Of a stretch of 64,000 nt of DNA, positions 16,346-26,954 are shown one piece after another; positions within the stretch are counted from its first letter, which is position 1; each line of letters opens with the position of its first letter. The notes beneath the pieces were generated by a model. The model was not told the origin of the DNA. It ran no database searches and worked only from the letters and a program-made list of their open reading frames with translations. The position numbers and the translations under genes are program-made. Source of the stretch: Alphaproteobacteria bacterium (GTDB lineage: Bacteria > Pseudomonadota > Alphaproteobacteria > Bin95); the NCBI GenBank assembly GCA_963665325.3, contig CAXXWS020000003.1, forward strand, positions 288,001-352,000, given 5' to 3'.

Positions 16346-19300
16346 CGGCAACTCCCGGCGCGGTCGAGGACGGCGAGGCGGTCGACCTCGGCCAGACGCC
16401 GGGCGACATCGCGATCCTGAGCGCCGCCGACACGGAACTCGCCCTGCTCGCCGAGGCCCAGCGAAAACGCCTTGCCGAGGACAGCCGGGCGCCGTCGCTG
16501 CGTCTCGCCAACATCATGGCGCTCGGCCACAACCTGTCTGTCGATCTGCATGCCGAGCGCGTGCTCTCCCGCGCCCGATTGGTCGTGGTGCGGCTGCTCG
16601 GCGGGCGCGGCTACTGGCCCTACGGCGTCGAGCGGCTGAGCGCGCTGGAGGCGCCGGTCGCGCTGTTGCCGGGCGACGACCAGGCGGACCCGGAACTCGA
16701 CGCCTGGTCCAGCCTCGATGCAGGCGCCTGCCGCCGCCTTTGGCGCTACCTGGCGGAGGGCGGGCCCGACAATGCGCTCAACTGCCTGCGCTACGCAGCT
16801 CACCTCCTCGGGCGCCCCGCCGCCTGGCAGGAGCCCGCGCCGATCCCCCGCGCACAGTCCTACGAGGCGGCAACAGGCGCGGGCCCGGTCGCACCGTTGT
16901 TGTTCTACCGCGCGCATCTACAGGCCGGGAATGTCGCGGCGATCGACATGCTGGCCAAGGAGATGGCGGCGGCGGGCCTCGCGCCCCGCCCGGTCGCAAT
17001 CTCGAGCCTCAAGGACCCGGACTCGCTCGGCCTGCTTCACCGGCTGTTCGCCCGCGAGCCGCCGGCCGTGATCGTCAACACAACCGGGTTCGCCGCGCGC
17101 GGCGCGGACGGGCCGGGGCCGCTCGACCGTTACGACTGCCCGGTGGTCCAGGCGGTGCTGTCGGGCGGCGCGGAGGCCGTCTGGCGCGAAGGCACGCGCG
17201 GCCTCTCCCCGCGCGACATCGCCATGAACATCGCGCTCCCGGAGGTGGACGGGCGGCTTATCTCGCGCGCGGTCTCCTTCAAGGCGCCGAGCCGGCGCGA
17301 TGCGGCGACGGAGTGCGACATTACCCGCTACCGGCCGGTGCCGGACCGGGTGCGCTTCGTGGCGCAACTCGCCGCCAATTGGGCGCGGCTCCGCCGGCCG
17401 GGCCGCAAGCGCATCGCGCTGATCCTCGCAAACTACCCGACTCGCGACGGGCGCATCGGCAACGGCGTCGGCCTCGACACCCCGGCCTCGGCGCTCGCCG
17501 TGCTACGCGCGCTCGGGGCCGAGGGGCTGCCGGCGGATGGCGACGCGCTCATGCGCCTGCTACAGGGAGCGCGGATCGGCGGGCCCGTCTTTTCGAAAGG
17601 CGCGTTCGAGGCCTTCCTGGACGACCTGCCCGAAGCCGCCACGGAAACTGTGCGCGAACGCTGGGGCCTCGACTGCCGGGACACCGTAATACCCGCGCTC
17701 CTGTTCGGCGATATCGCCGTCGCGGTGCAGCCGTCGCGCGGCTACGACATCGACCCGGCTTCCAGCTACCACGATCCCGCCCTGCCGCCACCGCCCGCCT
17801 ATCTCGCCTTCTACGGCTGGCTGAGGCGGAGCTTTGCGGCCGACGCGGTCATCCATCTCGGCAAGCACGGCAATCTGGAATGGCTGCCGGGCAAGGCGCT
17901 GGCGCTCTCCGGGGACTGCTTCCCGGACGCCGTGCTCGGGCCCACGCCGAACCTCTACCCCTTCATCGTCAACGATCCAGGCGAGGGCGCGCAGGCGAAG
18001 CGCCGCACTCATGCCGCAATCGTGGACCATCTGACCCCGCCGCTCACGCGCGCCGAGAGCCACGGACCGATGGTGGAGCTGGAAAGACTGGTGGACGAAT
18101 ATTATCAGGCAGCGTCGCTCGATCCGCGCCGCCTGCCCGTGCTGGCTTCGGATATCCGGGATCTTGCCGAGCGAGAGGGACTGGCGGCCGATTGCGGCAT
18201 CCGGCCGGAGGACGGCGAAGCGGCGGCGCTCGGCAAGCTCGACGGCTATCTCTGCGAGTTGAAGGAACTCCAGATTCGCGACGGGCTGCATGTCTTCGGC
18301 GCCTCTCCGGACGACCGCCTGCGCCGCGACCTGCTGGTCGCCGCCATGCGCTCCCGGTTGCTGCCGGCGCTCATGGCGGACCTCGGCATCGAGATCGGCG
18401 AGGACCTGGCAACGCCCTGGACCGGATCCCGTCCGGCCTTTCTCTCAGGCGACGCCCTCTGGCGCACCGCAGGCGACACGCTGGAGCGGCTTGAGGCGTC
18501 CATGACACGGCTGGCGGAAGGCGCGGAGACGGCGCCCGGCCCCGAAAGCGCCGCTGCGCTCGGCTTCCTCAGCGAAACGCTGGCTCCTGCGCTGGATTGC
18601 TCGGGCGAGGCGGAAATCGCGGGCCTCAGGGCGGGCCTTGCCGGCCGGTTCGTCGAGCCCGGCCCCTCCGGCGCTCCGACGCGGGGCCGGCCGGACGTAT
18701 TGCCGACAGGGCGCAACTTCTATTCCGTCGATACCCGCGCCGTGCCGACGCCCGCCTCCGTGCAGCTCGGATGGCATTCGGCGACCCTGCTGGTCGAGCG
18801 TCATGTCCGCGACCACGGCGAGTGGCCGCGCGCGCTCGCGCTCAGCGCCTGGGGAACCAGCACCATGCGGACCGGCGGCGACGACATCGCCCAGGCGCTG
18901 GCGCTGATGGGCGTGCGTCCAACCTGGGATGCCGCCTCCGGGCGCGTGACCGGCTTCGAGATCGTGCCGCGCGATGTGCTCGACCGTCCGCGCATCGATG
19001 TCACGCTCCGCATTTCGGGGTTCTTCCGCGACGCCTTCCCGGGGCTGATCGACCTGTTCGACAGCGCCGTGCGCGCCGTCGCCCGGCTCGATGAAGACGA
19101 TAACCCGCTCTACACGCCGGAAGATGACAGCTTCCGCGAGGCGACCTGGCGCGTGTTCGGCTCGATGCCGGGGGCCTACGGGGCGGGCCTGCAAGCACTG
19201 ATCGACGAGGGCGGCTGGGAAGGCCCCGAGGACCTCGCGCGCGCCTATGTCGCCTGGGGCGGCTACGCCTATGGCGCCGGTGAGGAGGGAAAGCCGGCGC

Positions 19301-19851
19301 ACCGCGCGTTCGAGCGCCGCCTCGCGCGCGTCGAGGCCGTGGTCCACAACCAGGACAATCGCGAGCACGACCTGCTCGACAGCGACGACTACTACCAGTT
19401 CGAAGGCGGGCTGACGGCGGCGGCGGCAATGCTCTCCGGGCGCCGTCCTGCGGTCTATCACAACGACCACACGCGCCCGGAGCGCCCGCGCATCTTCAGC
19501 CTGGAGGAAGAGATCGCCCGCACGGTGCGCGCCCGGGCCGCCAACCCCAAGTGGATCCGGGGCGTCATGCGCCACGGATACAAGGGCGCCTTCGAGATCG
19601 CCGCCACCGTCGATTACCTGTTCGCCTTCGCCGCAACGACGGGCGCGGTGCGCGACCATCATTTCGAGATGCTGTTCGACGCCTATATCCGCGACGAGGC
19701 GGTGCGGGCGTTCATGGAGCGCAGCAATCCCGCCGCGCTCCGCGAAACGGCCACGCGATTCCTGGAGGCGCTGGACCGGGGTCTGTGGCGGCCGAGGGCC
19801 AATTTCGGCTATGATCTGCTCCGGTCGCTGGCCAGCGGAGAGCCCCCATGA
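16333..19851 (+). CDS. cobN: Cobaltochelatase subunit CobN
   Basis: MHLLAA, LPEVDGR, HLGKHGNLEWLPGK, IRDGLH, LPTGRNFYS, SGFFRDAF, NPKWI. Confidence 0.96.
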   Translation: MHLLAATPGAVEDGEAVDLGQTPGDIAILSAADTELALLAEAQRKRLAEDSRAPSLRLANIMALGHNLSVDLHAERVLSRARLVVVRLLGGRGYWPYGVERLSALEAPVALLPGDDQADPELDAWSSLDAGACRRLWRYLAEGGPDNALNCLRYAAHLLGRPAAWQEPAPIPRAQSYEAATGAGPVAPLLFYRAHLQAGNVAAIDMLAKEMAAAGLAPRPVAISSLKDPDSLGLLHRLFAREPPAVIVNTTGFAARGADGPGPLDRYDCPVVQAVLSGGAEAVWREGTRGLSPRDIAMNIALPEVDGRLISRAVSFKAPSRRDAATECDITRYRPVPDRVRFVAQLAANWARLRRPGRKRIALILANYPTRDGRIGNGVGLDTPASALAVLRALGAEGLPADGDALMRLLQGARIGGPVFSKGAFEAFLDDLPEAATETVRERWGLDCRDTVIPALLFGDIAVAVQPSRGYDIDPASSYHDPALPPPPAYLAFYGWLRRSFAADAVIHLGKHGNLEWLPGKALALSGDCFPDAVLGPTPNLYPFIVNDPGEGAQAKRRTHAAIVDHLTPPLTRAESHGPMVELERLVDEYYQAASLDPRRLPVLASDIRDLAEREGLAADCGIRPEDGEAAALGKLDGYLCELKELQIRDGLHVFGASPDDRLRRDLLVAAMRSRLLPALMADLGIEIGEDLATPWTGSRPAFLSGDALWRTAGDTLERLEASMTRLAEGAETAPGPESAAALGFLSETLAPALDCSGEAEIAGLRAGLAGRFVEPGPSGAPTRGRPDVLPTGRNFYSVDTRAVPTPASVQLGWHSATLLVERHVRDHGEWPRALALSAWGTSTMRTGGDDIAQALALMGVRPTWDAASGRVTGFEIVPRDVLDRPRIDVTLRISGFFRDAFPGLIDLFDSAVRAVARLDEDDNPLYTPEDDSFREATWRVFGSMPGAYGAGLQALIDEGGWEGPEDLARAYVAWGGYAYGAGEEGKPAHRAFERRLARVEAVVHNQDNREHDLLDSDDYYQFEGGLTAAAAMLSGRRPAVYHNDHTRPERPRIFSLEEEIARTVRARAANPKWIRGVMRHGYKGAFEIAATVDYLFAFAATTGAVRDHHFEMLFDAYIRDEAVRAFMERSNPAALRETATRFLEALDRGLWRPRANFGYDLLRSLASGEPP

Positions 19852-20477
19852 GCCGAGAGTCCGGCGTCCCCGACGAGGCGGCCGTCAACGCCCGCGCCAA
19901 CGAGAAGGCCCGCAAGCGCAAGGCGGCGCGCGACCGGGTGCTGGCAACCAAGACGATCGAAAAGGGCCTGCTGATCGTCCATACCGGCAAGGGGAAGGGT
20001 AAATCGACGGCAGCCTTCGGGCTTGCCGCCCGCGCCGTCGGCAACGGCCTCAAGGTCGGCGTGGTCCAGTTCGTCAAGGGCGTGTGGCATACAGGGGAGC
20101 GGGAGGTGTTCGCCCGCTTTCCGGACCTGGTCGAGATTCGCGCCATGGGCGAAGGCTTCACCTGGGAGACGCAGGACCGGGCGCGCGACATCGCGGCGGC
20201 CGAAGCGGCCTGGGAGCTGTCGGAGGCCATGATGGCCGACCCGTCCAATGCCATGGTGATCCTCGACGAGCTGAACATCGTGCTGCGCTACGGCTATCTG
20301 GACCTCGACCGGGTGCTCTCGGCGCTGGCGAACCGCCGGGACGACCTGCATGTCGTCGTCACCGGGCGCAATGCCCGGCCGGAATTGATTGAAGTTGCCG
20401 ACCTCGTCACCGAAATGACTCTGGTGAAGCACCCCTTCCGCGCCGGCGTAAAGGCCCAGATCGGCATCGAATTCTAG
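19848..20477 (+). CDS. cobO: Cob(I)yrinic acid a,c-diamide adenosyltransferase
   Basis: HTGKGKGKSTAAFG, QFVKG, GEGFTW, LDELN, TGRNA, KHPF, GIEF. Confidence 0.96.
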   Translation: MSRESGVPDEAAVNARANEKARKRKAARDRVLATKTIEKGLLIVHTGKGKGKSTAAFGLAARAVGNGLKVGVVQFVKGVWHTGEREVFARFPDLVEIRAMGEGFTWETQDRARDIAAAEAAWELSEAMMADPSNAMVILDELNIVLRYGYLDLDRVLSALANRRDDLHVVVTGRNARPELIEVADLVTEMTLVKHPFRAGVKAQIGIEF

Positions 20478-20481
20478 GAGC

Positions 20482-21180
20482 ATGGCGCAGATGAGATACC
20501 TTCCCGCCCGACCGATCCTCCCGCTCCTCCTGGTTGCGGCCATGTGGTCGGCGCCCCTATCGGCATCGACAGACGAGACAGAAGCGAACGAGCTCGTCGA
20601 CAAGGCCCGCATTACAGTGCAGCGCCTCGGCCGAGATTCGGATGTGGGACCCAATCTCCGGCGCTTTCTCGCCCAGGCAAAGGCGGTGCTGATCTTCCCG
20701 ACCCTCATCAAGGGCGCATTCCTTCTGGGCGGCGAGGGCGGCAGCGGCTTGTTGATGGTGCGCGACGAGAAGGGATCGTGGAGCTACCCCGCGTTCTACA
20801 CCATGGCGTCGGTGAGCTTCGGCTTCCAGATCGGCGGCCAGACCGCCGAGGCGATGCTGCTGATGCGCACGGAAGGCGCCCTGAAGGCCGTGCTCGAAGA
20901 CCAGATGAAGCTCGGCGCTGATGCGTCCGTCGCCGCCGGCCCCATAGGCGCGGGCATAGAGGGCTCGACGACCAGTAATGTCGGGCCCGATATCCTCACC
21001 TTCTCGACAAGCCAGGGCTTCTTCGCTGGCGCGTCTCTCGAAGGCGCGGTGATTGCGCGCCGCCAGGACTGGAACCGGGCCTTCTACAAGGCGGGCGCAA
21101 CGCCACACGCCATCGTCATAGAGCGCACCCACGCCAACCCCGCAGCCGATGCGCTTCGCGAGACGTTGAGCCGGTTCTAG
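20482..21180 (+). CDS. Lipid-binding SYLF (Ysc84-like) domain protein, exported
   Basis: Signal peptide; [38 protein letters not shown]. Confidence 0.88.
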   Translation: MAQMRYLPARPILPLLLVAAMWSAPLSASTDETEANELVDKARITVQRLGRDSDVGPNLRRFLAQAKAVLIFPTLIKGAFLLGGEGGSGLLMVRDEKGSWSYPAFYTMASVSFGFQIGGQTAEAMLLMRTEGALKAVLEDQMKLGADASVAAGPIGAGIEGSTTSNVGPDILTFSTSQGFFAGASLEGAVIARRQDWNRAFYKAGATPHAIVIERTHANPAADALRETLSRF

Positions 21181-21224
21181 GCGGCCGAAACGCCGGGCGG
21201 GCCCAAACGCAAGGCGTCGTTCGA

Positions 21225-22655
21225 ATGACGGCCAGGGCTCTGATGGTGCAGGGGACCGGCTCGGATGCGGGCAAATCCCTCATCGTGGCGGGCCTTTGCC
21301 GGGCCTGGGCGCGGCGCGGCTTTCGGGTCAGGCCGTTCAAGGCGCAGAACATGTCGAACAATGCCGCGGTCACGCCGGAGGGCGGCGAGATCGGGCGTGC
21401 TCAGGCGCTACAGGCGCGGGCCGCCGGGGTCGCGCCCCATGTCGACATGAATCCGGTGCTGCTGAAGCCCGAATCGGAGCTCGGCGCGCAGGTCGTGCTG
21501 GCGGGCCGCGCCGTGGGCCGGGCGGACGCGAAGGACTATGCCTGCCTGAAGGGCAGCTTGCTGGAGGGTGCGCTCGACGCTTTCCACAGGCTTTCCGCCG
21601 ATGCCGACCTGGTGCTGGTCGAAGGGGCGGGAAGCGCCTCGGAGATCAACCTCCGCGAGGGCGACATCGCCAATATGGGCTTCGCCGAAGCGGCCGGGCT
21701 GCCGGTGGTGCTGATCGCCGATATCGACCGGGGCGGCGTCATCGCGGCGATTGCCGGCACGCGCCATGTGCTGGCGCCGGCCGATGCGGCCAGGCTCTGC
21801 GGCTATATCGTCAACAAGTTCCGCGGCGACCCCGCCCTGTTCGATCCGGCGGTCCCGGCGCTGGAGCGGCTGGCCGGGCTGCCCTGCCTCGGCGTACTGC
21901 CCTGGTTCGAGGACGCGCGGAAGCTGCCAGCGGAGGATTCCATGGCGCTGGAGGCGGACCGGCTCGAGACCGGCCATCCGCGTGCGGCGGCGTTCCGCTA
22001 TCCCCGCATCGCCAATTTCGACGACCTCGACCCGCTGGCCGGCGAGATCGGCGTCCGTTTCGTCGCGCCGGGCGAGGCGCTGCCGGGCGATATCGACCTC
22101 GCGGTGCTGCCGGGCAGCAAGAACACGCGGTCCGATCTCGCCTTCCTGTTCGAACAGGGCTGGGACATCGACATCCGCGCCCATCTGCGTCGCGGCGGTC
22201 GCGTGCTGGGGCTCTGCGGCGGCTTCCAGATGCTGGGCCGGCTCGTGTCGGACCCGGACGGCGTGGAAGGGCCGCCGGGATCGAGCGCAGGGCTCGGCCT
22301 GCTCGACATCGAGACGGTGCTGACTGGCGAAAAACGCACCGTGCCGGTCAGGACCGCCGACGGGCTCACCGGCTACGAAATCCATACGGGCCGCTCGTCC
22401 GGGCCCGGCCTGGCGCGTCCCTTCCTGCACCTTGACGGACGGCCGGAGGGCGCGGTTTCCGATGACGGCCTGGTGTTCGGCACCTATTGCCACGGCCTGT
22501 TCGCGAACGACGGGTTCCGCGAACGCTTCCTCGCGCGCATGGGCGCCGAACGGAAACGCGCTTACGAAGCGGAAATCGACGCCGTGCTGGACCGTCTCGC
22601 GGACCATCTGGAAGCGCATCTCGACCTGGACCGCCTGCTCGCGCTCGCCAGCTGA
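21225..22655 (+). CDS. cobQ: Cobyric acid synthase
   Basis: [52 protein letters not shown]. Confidence 0.96.
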   Translation: MTARALMVQGTGSDAGKSLIVAGLCRAWARRGFRVRPFKAQNMSNNAAVTPEGGEIGRAQALQARAAGVAPHVDMNPVLLKPESELGAQVVLAGRAVGRADAKDYACLKGSLLEGALDAFHRLSADADLVLVEGAGSASEINLREGDIANMGFAEAAGLPVVLIADIDRGGVIAAIAGTRHVLAPADAARLCGYIVNKFRGDPALFDPAVPALERLAGLPCLGVLPWFEDARKLPAEDSMALEADRLETGHPRAAAFRYPRIANFDDLDPLAGEIGVRFVAPGEALPGDIDLAVLPGSKNTRSDLAFLFEQGWDIDIRAHLRRGGRVLGLCGGFQMLGRLVSDPDGVEGPPGSSAGLGLLDIETVLTGEKRTVPVRTADGLTGYEIHTGRSSGPGLARPFLHLDGRPEGAVSDDGLVFGTYCHGLFANDGFRERFLARMGAERKRAYEAEIDAVLDRLADHLEAHLDLDRLLALAS

Positions 22656-22675
22656 GGCGAAGTGGAGCGCTGCAG

Positions 22676-23134
22676 CTACAACAACCCGAGTTCGCTGAGT
22701 TCCGCGGCGAGGCGCGGCGGGAGCGAGTCGCCCTCAGCGTCGTAGCCGGGCGGTAGATCCGGCGGCGCGTCCTCGCCGCGCAGGTAGCGCCAGCCCTGGA
22801 AGGGGCGGTGGGCGCGCGGCACGACGCGGACCAGCGCATCGTCCAGCAGGATCGCGCAACTCGGCCTGCCGCCTGCGCCCGGCGCCGGCTCGAGCGCCAG
22901 AATGCGCTGCCGCGCCTGCACGAAGCCCTTGACGACCCAGTAGATCGACCCGCCGCCATCGAGTATCTCGTCGCCGCGCCGGGGCGTCATTCGGGTGATA
23001 TGGCGTGCGATGGCACGGCCTTCCACGGTCTTCCAGTAGGCGCGGCGGCGCTCCTGCCAATCCGCCAGCCCTTCGACGCTCTCGGTGCCTACCGACAGCT
23101 TGATGAGGTGCAGCCCGCTCTTGTCCGCGTCCAT
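22676..23134 (-). CDS. DUF1489 family protein
   Basis: LHLIKLSVG, TRMTPRR, GGSIYWVVKG, RPFQGWRYL, LSELGLL. Confidence 0.88.
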   Translation of the reverse strand: MDADKSGLHLIKLSVGTESVEGLADWQERRRAYWKTVEGRAIARHITRMTPRRGDEILDGGGSIYWVVKGFVQARQRILALEPAPGAGGRPSCAILLDDALVRVVPRAHRPFQGWRYLRGEDAPPDLPPGYDAEGDSLPPRLAAELSELGLL

Positions 23135-23183
23135 GGCCCCGCTATAGTCGCCCGGTCAGCACCGAAGCAAGGAGAGCCTGCCC

Positions 23184-23675
23184 GTGTCGGACCAGAAGAC
23201 CGTCACTTTCCCGGTCGAAGGCGCGCATGTGATGATGTTCGCCCGCTCGATCGGAGACTACAACCCCGCCTATCACGATCCGGGAAATGGCGAGGGCAAC
23301 CCGATGGGCGCGCAGGTGGCGCCGCCCACCTTCCCGCAGGCGGTGGCCCAGTTCGACCCCGAATACCCGCTGCGCATCAAGGACGGCGAGGCATGGTTCG
23401 GGTCCGGCGGCACGCCGTCCGGCGTCGAGGGCAAGCCTGCCACTTCGGGCGGGCTCCATGCCGAGCAGCATTTCGAATACACGCGCCCGATCCGGCCCGG
23501 CGACGTGCTGACCGTGCGCTACAGCGAGGGCGAGACCTGGGAGAAGGAGAGCCGGCGCGCCGGCAAGCTCACCTTCACGGAGCGCCTGGTGGATTACTAC
23601 GACCAGGACGGCAACCATGTGTGCCGCGCGCGCGGCGTCGGCGTGAAGACCGAACGGCCGGTCGATCAGGGATAA
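23184..23675 (+). CDS. MaoC/hot-dog dehydratase-like subunit (N-terminal-type domain)
   Basis: FARSIGDYNP, APPTF, GLHAEQHFEYTRPIRPGD. GTG start with GGAG upstream. Confidence 0.85.
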   Translation: MSDQKTVTFPVEGAHVMMFARSIGDYNPAYHDPGNGEGNPMGAQVAPPTFPQAVAQFDPEYPLRIKDGEAWFGSGGTPSGVEGKPATSGGLHAEQHFEYTRPIRPGDVLTVRYSEGETWEKESRRAGKLTFTERLVDYYDQDGNHVCRARGVGVKTERPVDQG

Positions 23676-23689
23676 GGGGGAAACAACCG

Positions 23690-24106
23690 ATGAAAGCCAG
23701 TGAAGTCTCGGTCGGCCAGACCTTCGAGAAGGTCGTCGTCGAGGACCTGAAACGCACCCAGCTTGTCATGTATTCGGGCACCAGCGGCGACTACAACCCG
23801 CTGCACACCGACGACCTCTACTGCAAGGAGGCCGCGGGCTATCCGGGCGTGTTCGCGCACGGCATGCTGACAATGGGCATGACCGGCACGCTCGTCACCG
23901 ACCTGTTCGGGGCGGAGAATGTGCGCAAATACGGCGTGCGCTTCACCAACCAGGTCTGGCCCGGCGACACGCTGACCGCCACCGCCACGGTGCAGGAAAT
24001 CCGCGACGAGGACGGTCAGGCGATGGCGGAGATCGGCATCGAGACCAAGAACCAAGACGGCAAGACCGTCGTTCTCGGCTCCGCCACGGGCCTTCTGGAA
24101 GGCTGA
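23690..24106 (+). CDS. MaoC family (R)-hydratase/dehydratase
   Basis: Hydratase-2 motif YSGTSGDYNPLHTD, plus FAHGM and VWPGD. Confidence 0.9.
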   Translation: MKASEVSVGQTFEKVVVEDLKRTQLVMYSGTSGDYNPLHTDDLYCKEAAGYPGVFAHGMLTMGMTGTLVTDLFGAENVRKYGVRFTNQVWPGDTLTATATVQEIRDEDGQAMAEIGIETKNQDGKTVVLGSATGLLEG

Positions 24107-24136
24107 ACGAAGACCGAAGCCGGGGGACAGAACATC

Positions 24137-25621
24137 ATGACGGCATGGGATGTCGCGGTCGTCGGCTGCGGCAACGCAGCGCTTTGCGCGGCGATTTCGG
24201 CGCGCGAGCAGGGCGCCCGCGTGATCGTGCTCGAAAAGGCCACGGAGGAGGAGCGGGGTGGCAATTCCTTCTTCACCGCCGGCGGCTTCCGCTTCGTCCA
24301 TGACGGGCTGGAGGATGTCAGCACCGATGTGCTGACCGACCTCTCGGAAGCGGAGAAGGCGCGCATCGAGCTGCCCACCCATGACCGGCAGTTCTTCTAC
24401 GACACGATGATGAAGGTGACGCGCCACCAGGCCGAGGAGGACCTTGCCTGGACGCTGATCGACGATTCCCGCCCGGCCATGGCGTGGCTGCGCGGGAACG
24501 GCGTGCGCTTCGTGCCGATGTTCGGCCGCCAGTCCTACGAGGTGGACGGCAAGCAGGTCTTCTACGGCGGCGTGAATATCGAGGCCGTCGGCGGCGGGGC
24601 GGGGCTGGTGGACTTCCTGCTGCGCCGGGCCGAGGCGGTCGGCATCGAGATCCGCTACGAAACCGGCGCGACCGGCCTCGTCCAGGACGATACCGGGCGC
24701 ATCACCGGGCTCCGGCTGCGCACGCCGGAGGGCTACGAGGTGCTGGAGACCGGCTCGGTGGTGCTCGCCTGCGGGGGCTTCGAGGCCAATCCGGAGATGC
24801 GGGCGCGCTATCTCGGCCACGGCTGGGACCTCTGCCGCGTGCGCGGCACTCGCCACAATACCGGCGACGGCATCCGCATGGCGCTGGAGGCCGGCGCGCG
24901 GCCGCACGGCAACTGGTCCGGCTGCCATTCGGTCGGCTGGGACATCTCAGCCCCGCCTTACGGGGACCGCGCCGTCGGCGACAATTTCCAGAAGCACAGC
25001 TATCCGCTCGGCATCATGGTGAACCTCAGTGGCGAGCGCTTCGTCGATGAGGGCGAGGACTACCGCAACCTCACCTATGTGCGCTTCGGCCGCGCCATCA
25101 TGGGGCAGCCGCACCGCTGGTGCGCGCAGATCTTCGACGCGAAGACCGTCCACATGCTGCGCGACGAATACCGCATCCGCGAGGTCACCAAGGTGGAGGC
25201 GGACTCGATCGAGGAACTGGCGGCCGGGCTGGAGATCGACCCGGCGGCGCTTGGCCGCACGATCGGCGAATACAACGCCGCCTGCCGGTCCTCGAACGCC
25301 TACAATCCCGCCGTGCTGGACGGAGTCTCGACCGAGGGGCTGAGCCCGGACAAGACCAACTGGGCGCTGCCCCTCGACAGCCCGCCCTATGTCGCCTTCG
25401 TCACCACCACGGGCATCACCTTCACCTTCGGCGGCCTGCAGATCGACGACCGCAACCGCGTGCAGGACCTTTCCGGGCGCCCGATGGACGGGCTCTACGC
25501 CGCGGGCGAACTGGTGGGCGGCCTCTTCTTCGAGAACTATCCGGGCGGCTCGGGCCTCATGTCCGGCAGCGTGTTCGGCCGCCGCGCCGGCCGCTTCGCC
25601 GCGGAGTATGCCTGCGGGTAG
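24137..25621 (+). CDS. FAD-dependent tricarballylate dehydrogenase TcuA/CobZ-like flavoprotein
   Basis: VVGCGNAALCAA, RGGNSFFTAG, ACGGFEAN, RGTRHNTGDG, GITFTFGGL, NYPGGSGL. Confidence 0.85.
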   Translation: MTAWDVAVVGCGNAALCAAISAREQGARVIVLEKATEEERGGNSFFTAGGFRFVHDGLEDVSTDVLTDLSEAEKARIELPTHDRQFFYDTMMKVTRHQAEEDLAWTLIDDSRPAMAWLRGNGVRFVPMFGRQSYEVDGKQVFYGGVNIEAVGGGAGLVDFLLRRAEAVGIEIRYETGATGLVQDDTGRITGLRLRTPEGYEVLETGSVVLACGGFEANPEMRARYLGHGWDLCRVRGTRHNTGDGIRMALEAGARPHGNWSGCHSVGWDISAPPYGDRAVGDNFQKHSYPLGIMVNLSGERFVDEGEDYRNLTYVRFGRAIMGQPHRWCAQIFDAKTVHMLRDEYRIREVTKVEADSIEELAAGLEIDPAALGRTIGEYNAACRSSNAYNPAVLDGVSTEGLSPDKTNWALPLDSPPYVAFVTTTGITFTFGGLQIDDRNRVQDLSGRPMDGLYAAGELVGGLFFENYPGGSGLMSGSVFGRRAGRFAAEYACG

Positions 25622-25625
25622 CGCC

Positions 25626-26888
25626 TTACGGCGTGGCGGCCACCGGCAGGGATTCGAGGCCGCGCAGCACGATGCTGGGGCGGAACTCCGCCGGCGGGCC
25701 CGCAAGGCGGATCGAGGAGAACCGCTCCAGCAGCACCTCGATGGCGATGCGCGCCTCCAGGCGGGCGAGCGGCGCGCCGATGCAGGCATGGATGCCGCGG
25801 CCGAACGAGATATGGCTGTTGCCCTCGCGCCCGACATCGAGTCCGTCCGGGTCCTCGAATTGCTCGGGGTCCCGGTTGGCGCCGCCGATTAGCACCACAA
25901 TGTCCTCGCCCCGCTTCACCGGGAAGCCGTTCACGTCGCAATCCTGCACGATGCGGCGCAGGTCCAGCTGCACGGGCGAATCGTAGCGGAGAAGCTCCTC
26001 CACCGCCGACGGGATGAGCGCGGGGTCGTCCCGGAGCCGCTGCAATTGCTCGGGATGGCGTAGCAGCGCGAGCATGCCGTTGCCGATCAGGTTGACGGTC
26101 GTCTCGTTGCCGGCGACCAGCAGCAGCCGCAGCAGGGCAATCATCTCGTCCTCGTCCAGCCGGTCGCCCTCTTCCTCGGCCTGGGCGAGCCCGCTCAGAA
26201 TGTCGTCCTTGGGGTCGGCGCGGCGTTCCCTGACGAGCGGCACGAAATAGGCGTTGAGATCCTCGCCGGCGAGAACGGCGTCCGCGCGTTCCTCGGCGCC
26301 GATCGTCGGCTCCAGGATGCGCGCCCGGCGGTCGGACCAGCTCCGGAACCGGGGCCGGTCTTCCACGGGCACACCGAGCATTTCCGCGATCACGATCACC
26401 GGCAGCGGCCTGGCAACGGCCTCCATGAGATCGAAGCCGGACAGGTCCTCGATCCCGTCCAGCAGCTCATGCATGAGGCTGCGGATATGGGGCTCCCGCG
26501 CATTCACCGCCCGCGGCGTGAACGCCTTGCTGACCAGTCCGCGCAGGCGGCGGTGGTCGGGCGGGTCCAGCGAAAGCAGGGACGGCGTGCCGGGGTCCGG
26601 AATAACCGTCCGCTTGCCCGGCCTCTTGGCCTTCCTGCCGTCGCTGGAGAAGCGCTGCCAGTCGCGAAGTATCTCGTCCACATCCGGGAAGCGGCTGAAT
26701 ATCCACGCATTCAGCAGCCGGCTACGGTGCGCCTGGCCCTTGTCGCGCAACGCCGCATAAGCGGGATAGGGGTTCTGCGTGTTCCGGCGCGCCACCGGGT
26801 TGTAGGCGCGGCCGCTCTCGAGGCGCTCGCGCATGAGCATCGCCTGCATCGCGGTCTTGCGGACCGCCTGCTTCAGGGATAGCGCCAT
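25626..26888 (-). CDS. Cytochrome P450
   Basis: DPPDHRRLR, AGNETT, ExxR (EELLRYD), and heme ligand motif FGRGIHACIG. Confidence 0.96.
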   Translation of the reverse strand: MALSLKQAVRKTAMQAMLMRERLESGRAYNPVARRNTQNPYPAYAALRDKGQAHRSRLLNAWIFSRFPDVDEILRDWQRFSSDGRKAKRPGKRTVIPDPGTPSLLSLDPPDHRRLRGLVSKAFTPRAVNAREPHIRSLMHELLDGIEDLSGFDLMEAVARPLPVIVIAEMLGVPVEDRPRFRSWSDRRARILEPTIGAEERADAVLAGEDLNAYFVPLVRERRADPKDDILSGLAQAEEEGDRLDEDEMIALLRLLLVAGNETTVNLIGNGMLALLRHPEQLQRLRDDPALIPSAVEELLRYDSPVQLDLRRIVQDCDVNGFPVKRGEDIVVLIGGANRDPEQFEDPDGLDVGREGNSHISFGRGIHACIGAPLARLEARIAIEVLLERFSSIRLAGPPAEFRPSIVLRGLESLPVAATP

Positions 26889-26954
26889 CACCGTCTCCCC
26901 TGCGTGGACGCAGTCCTTATTCCGCCCCGTTCTTACTCCCGGAGCGGCCCATTA

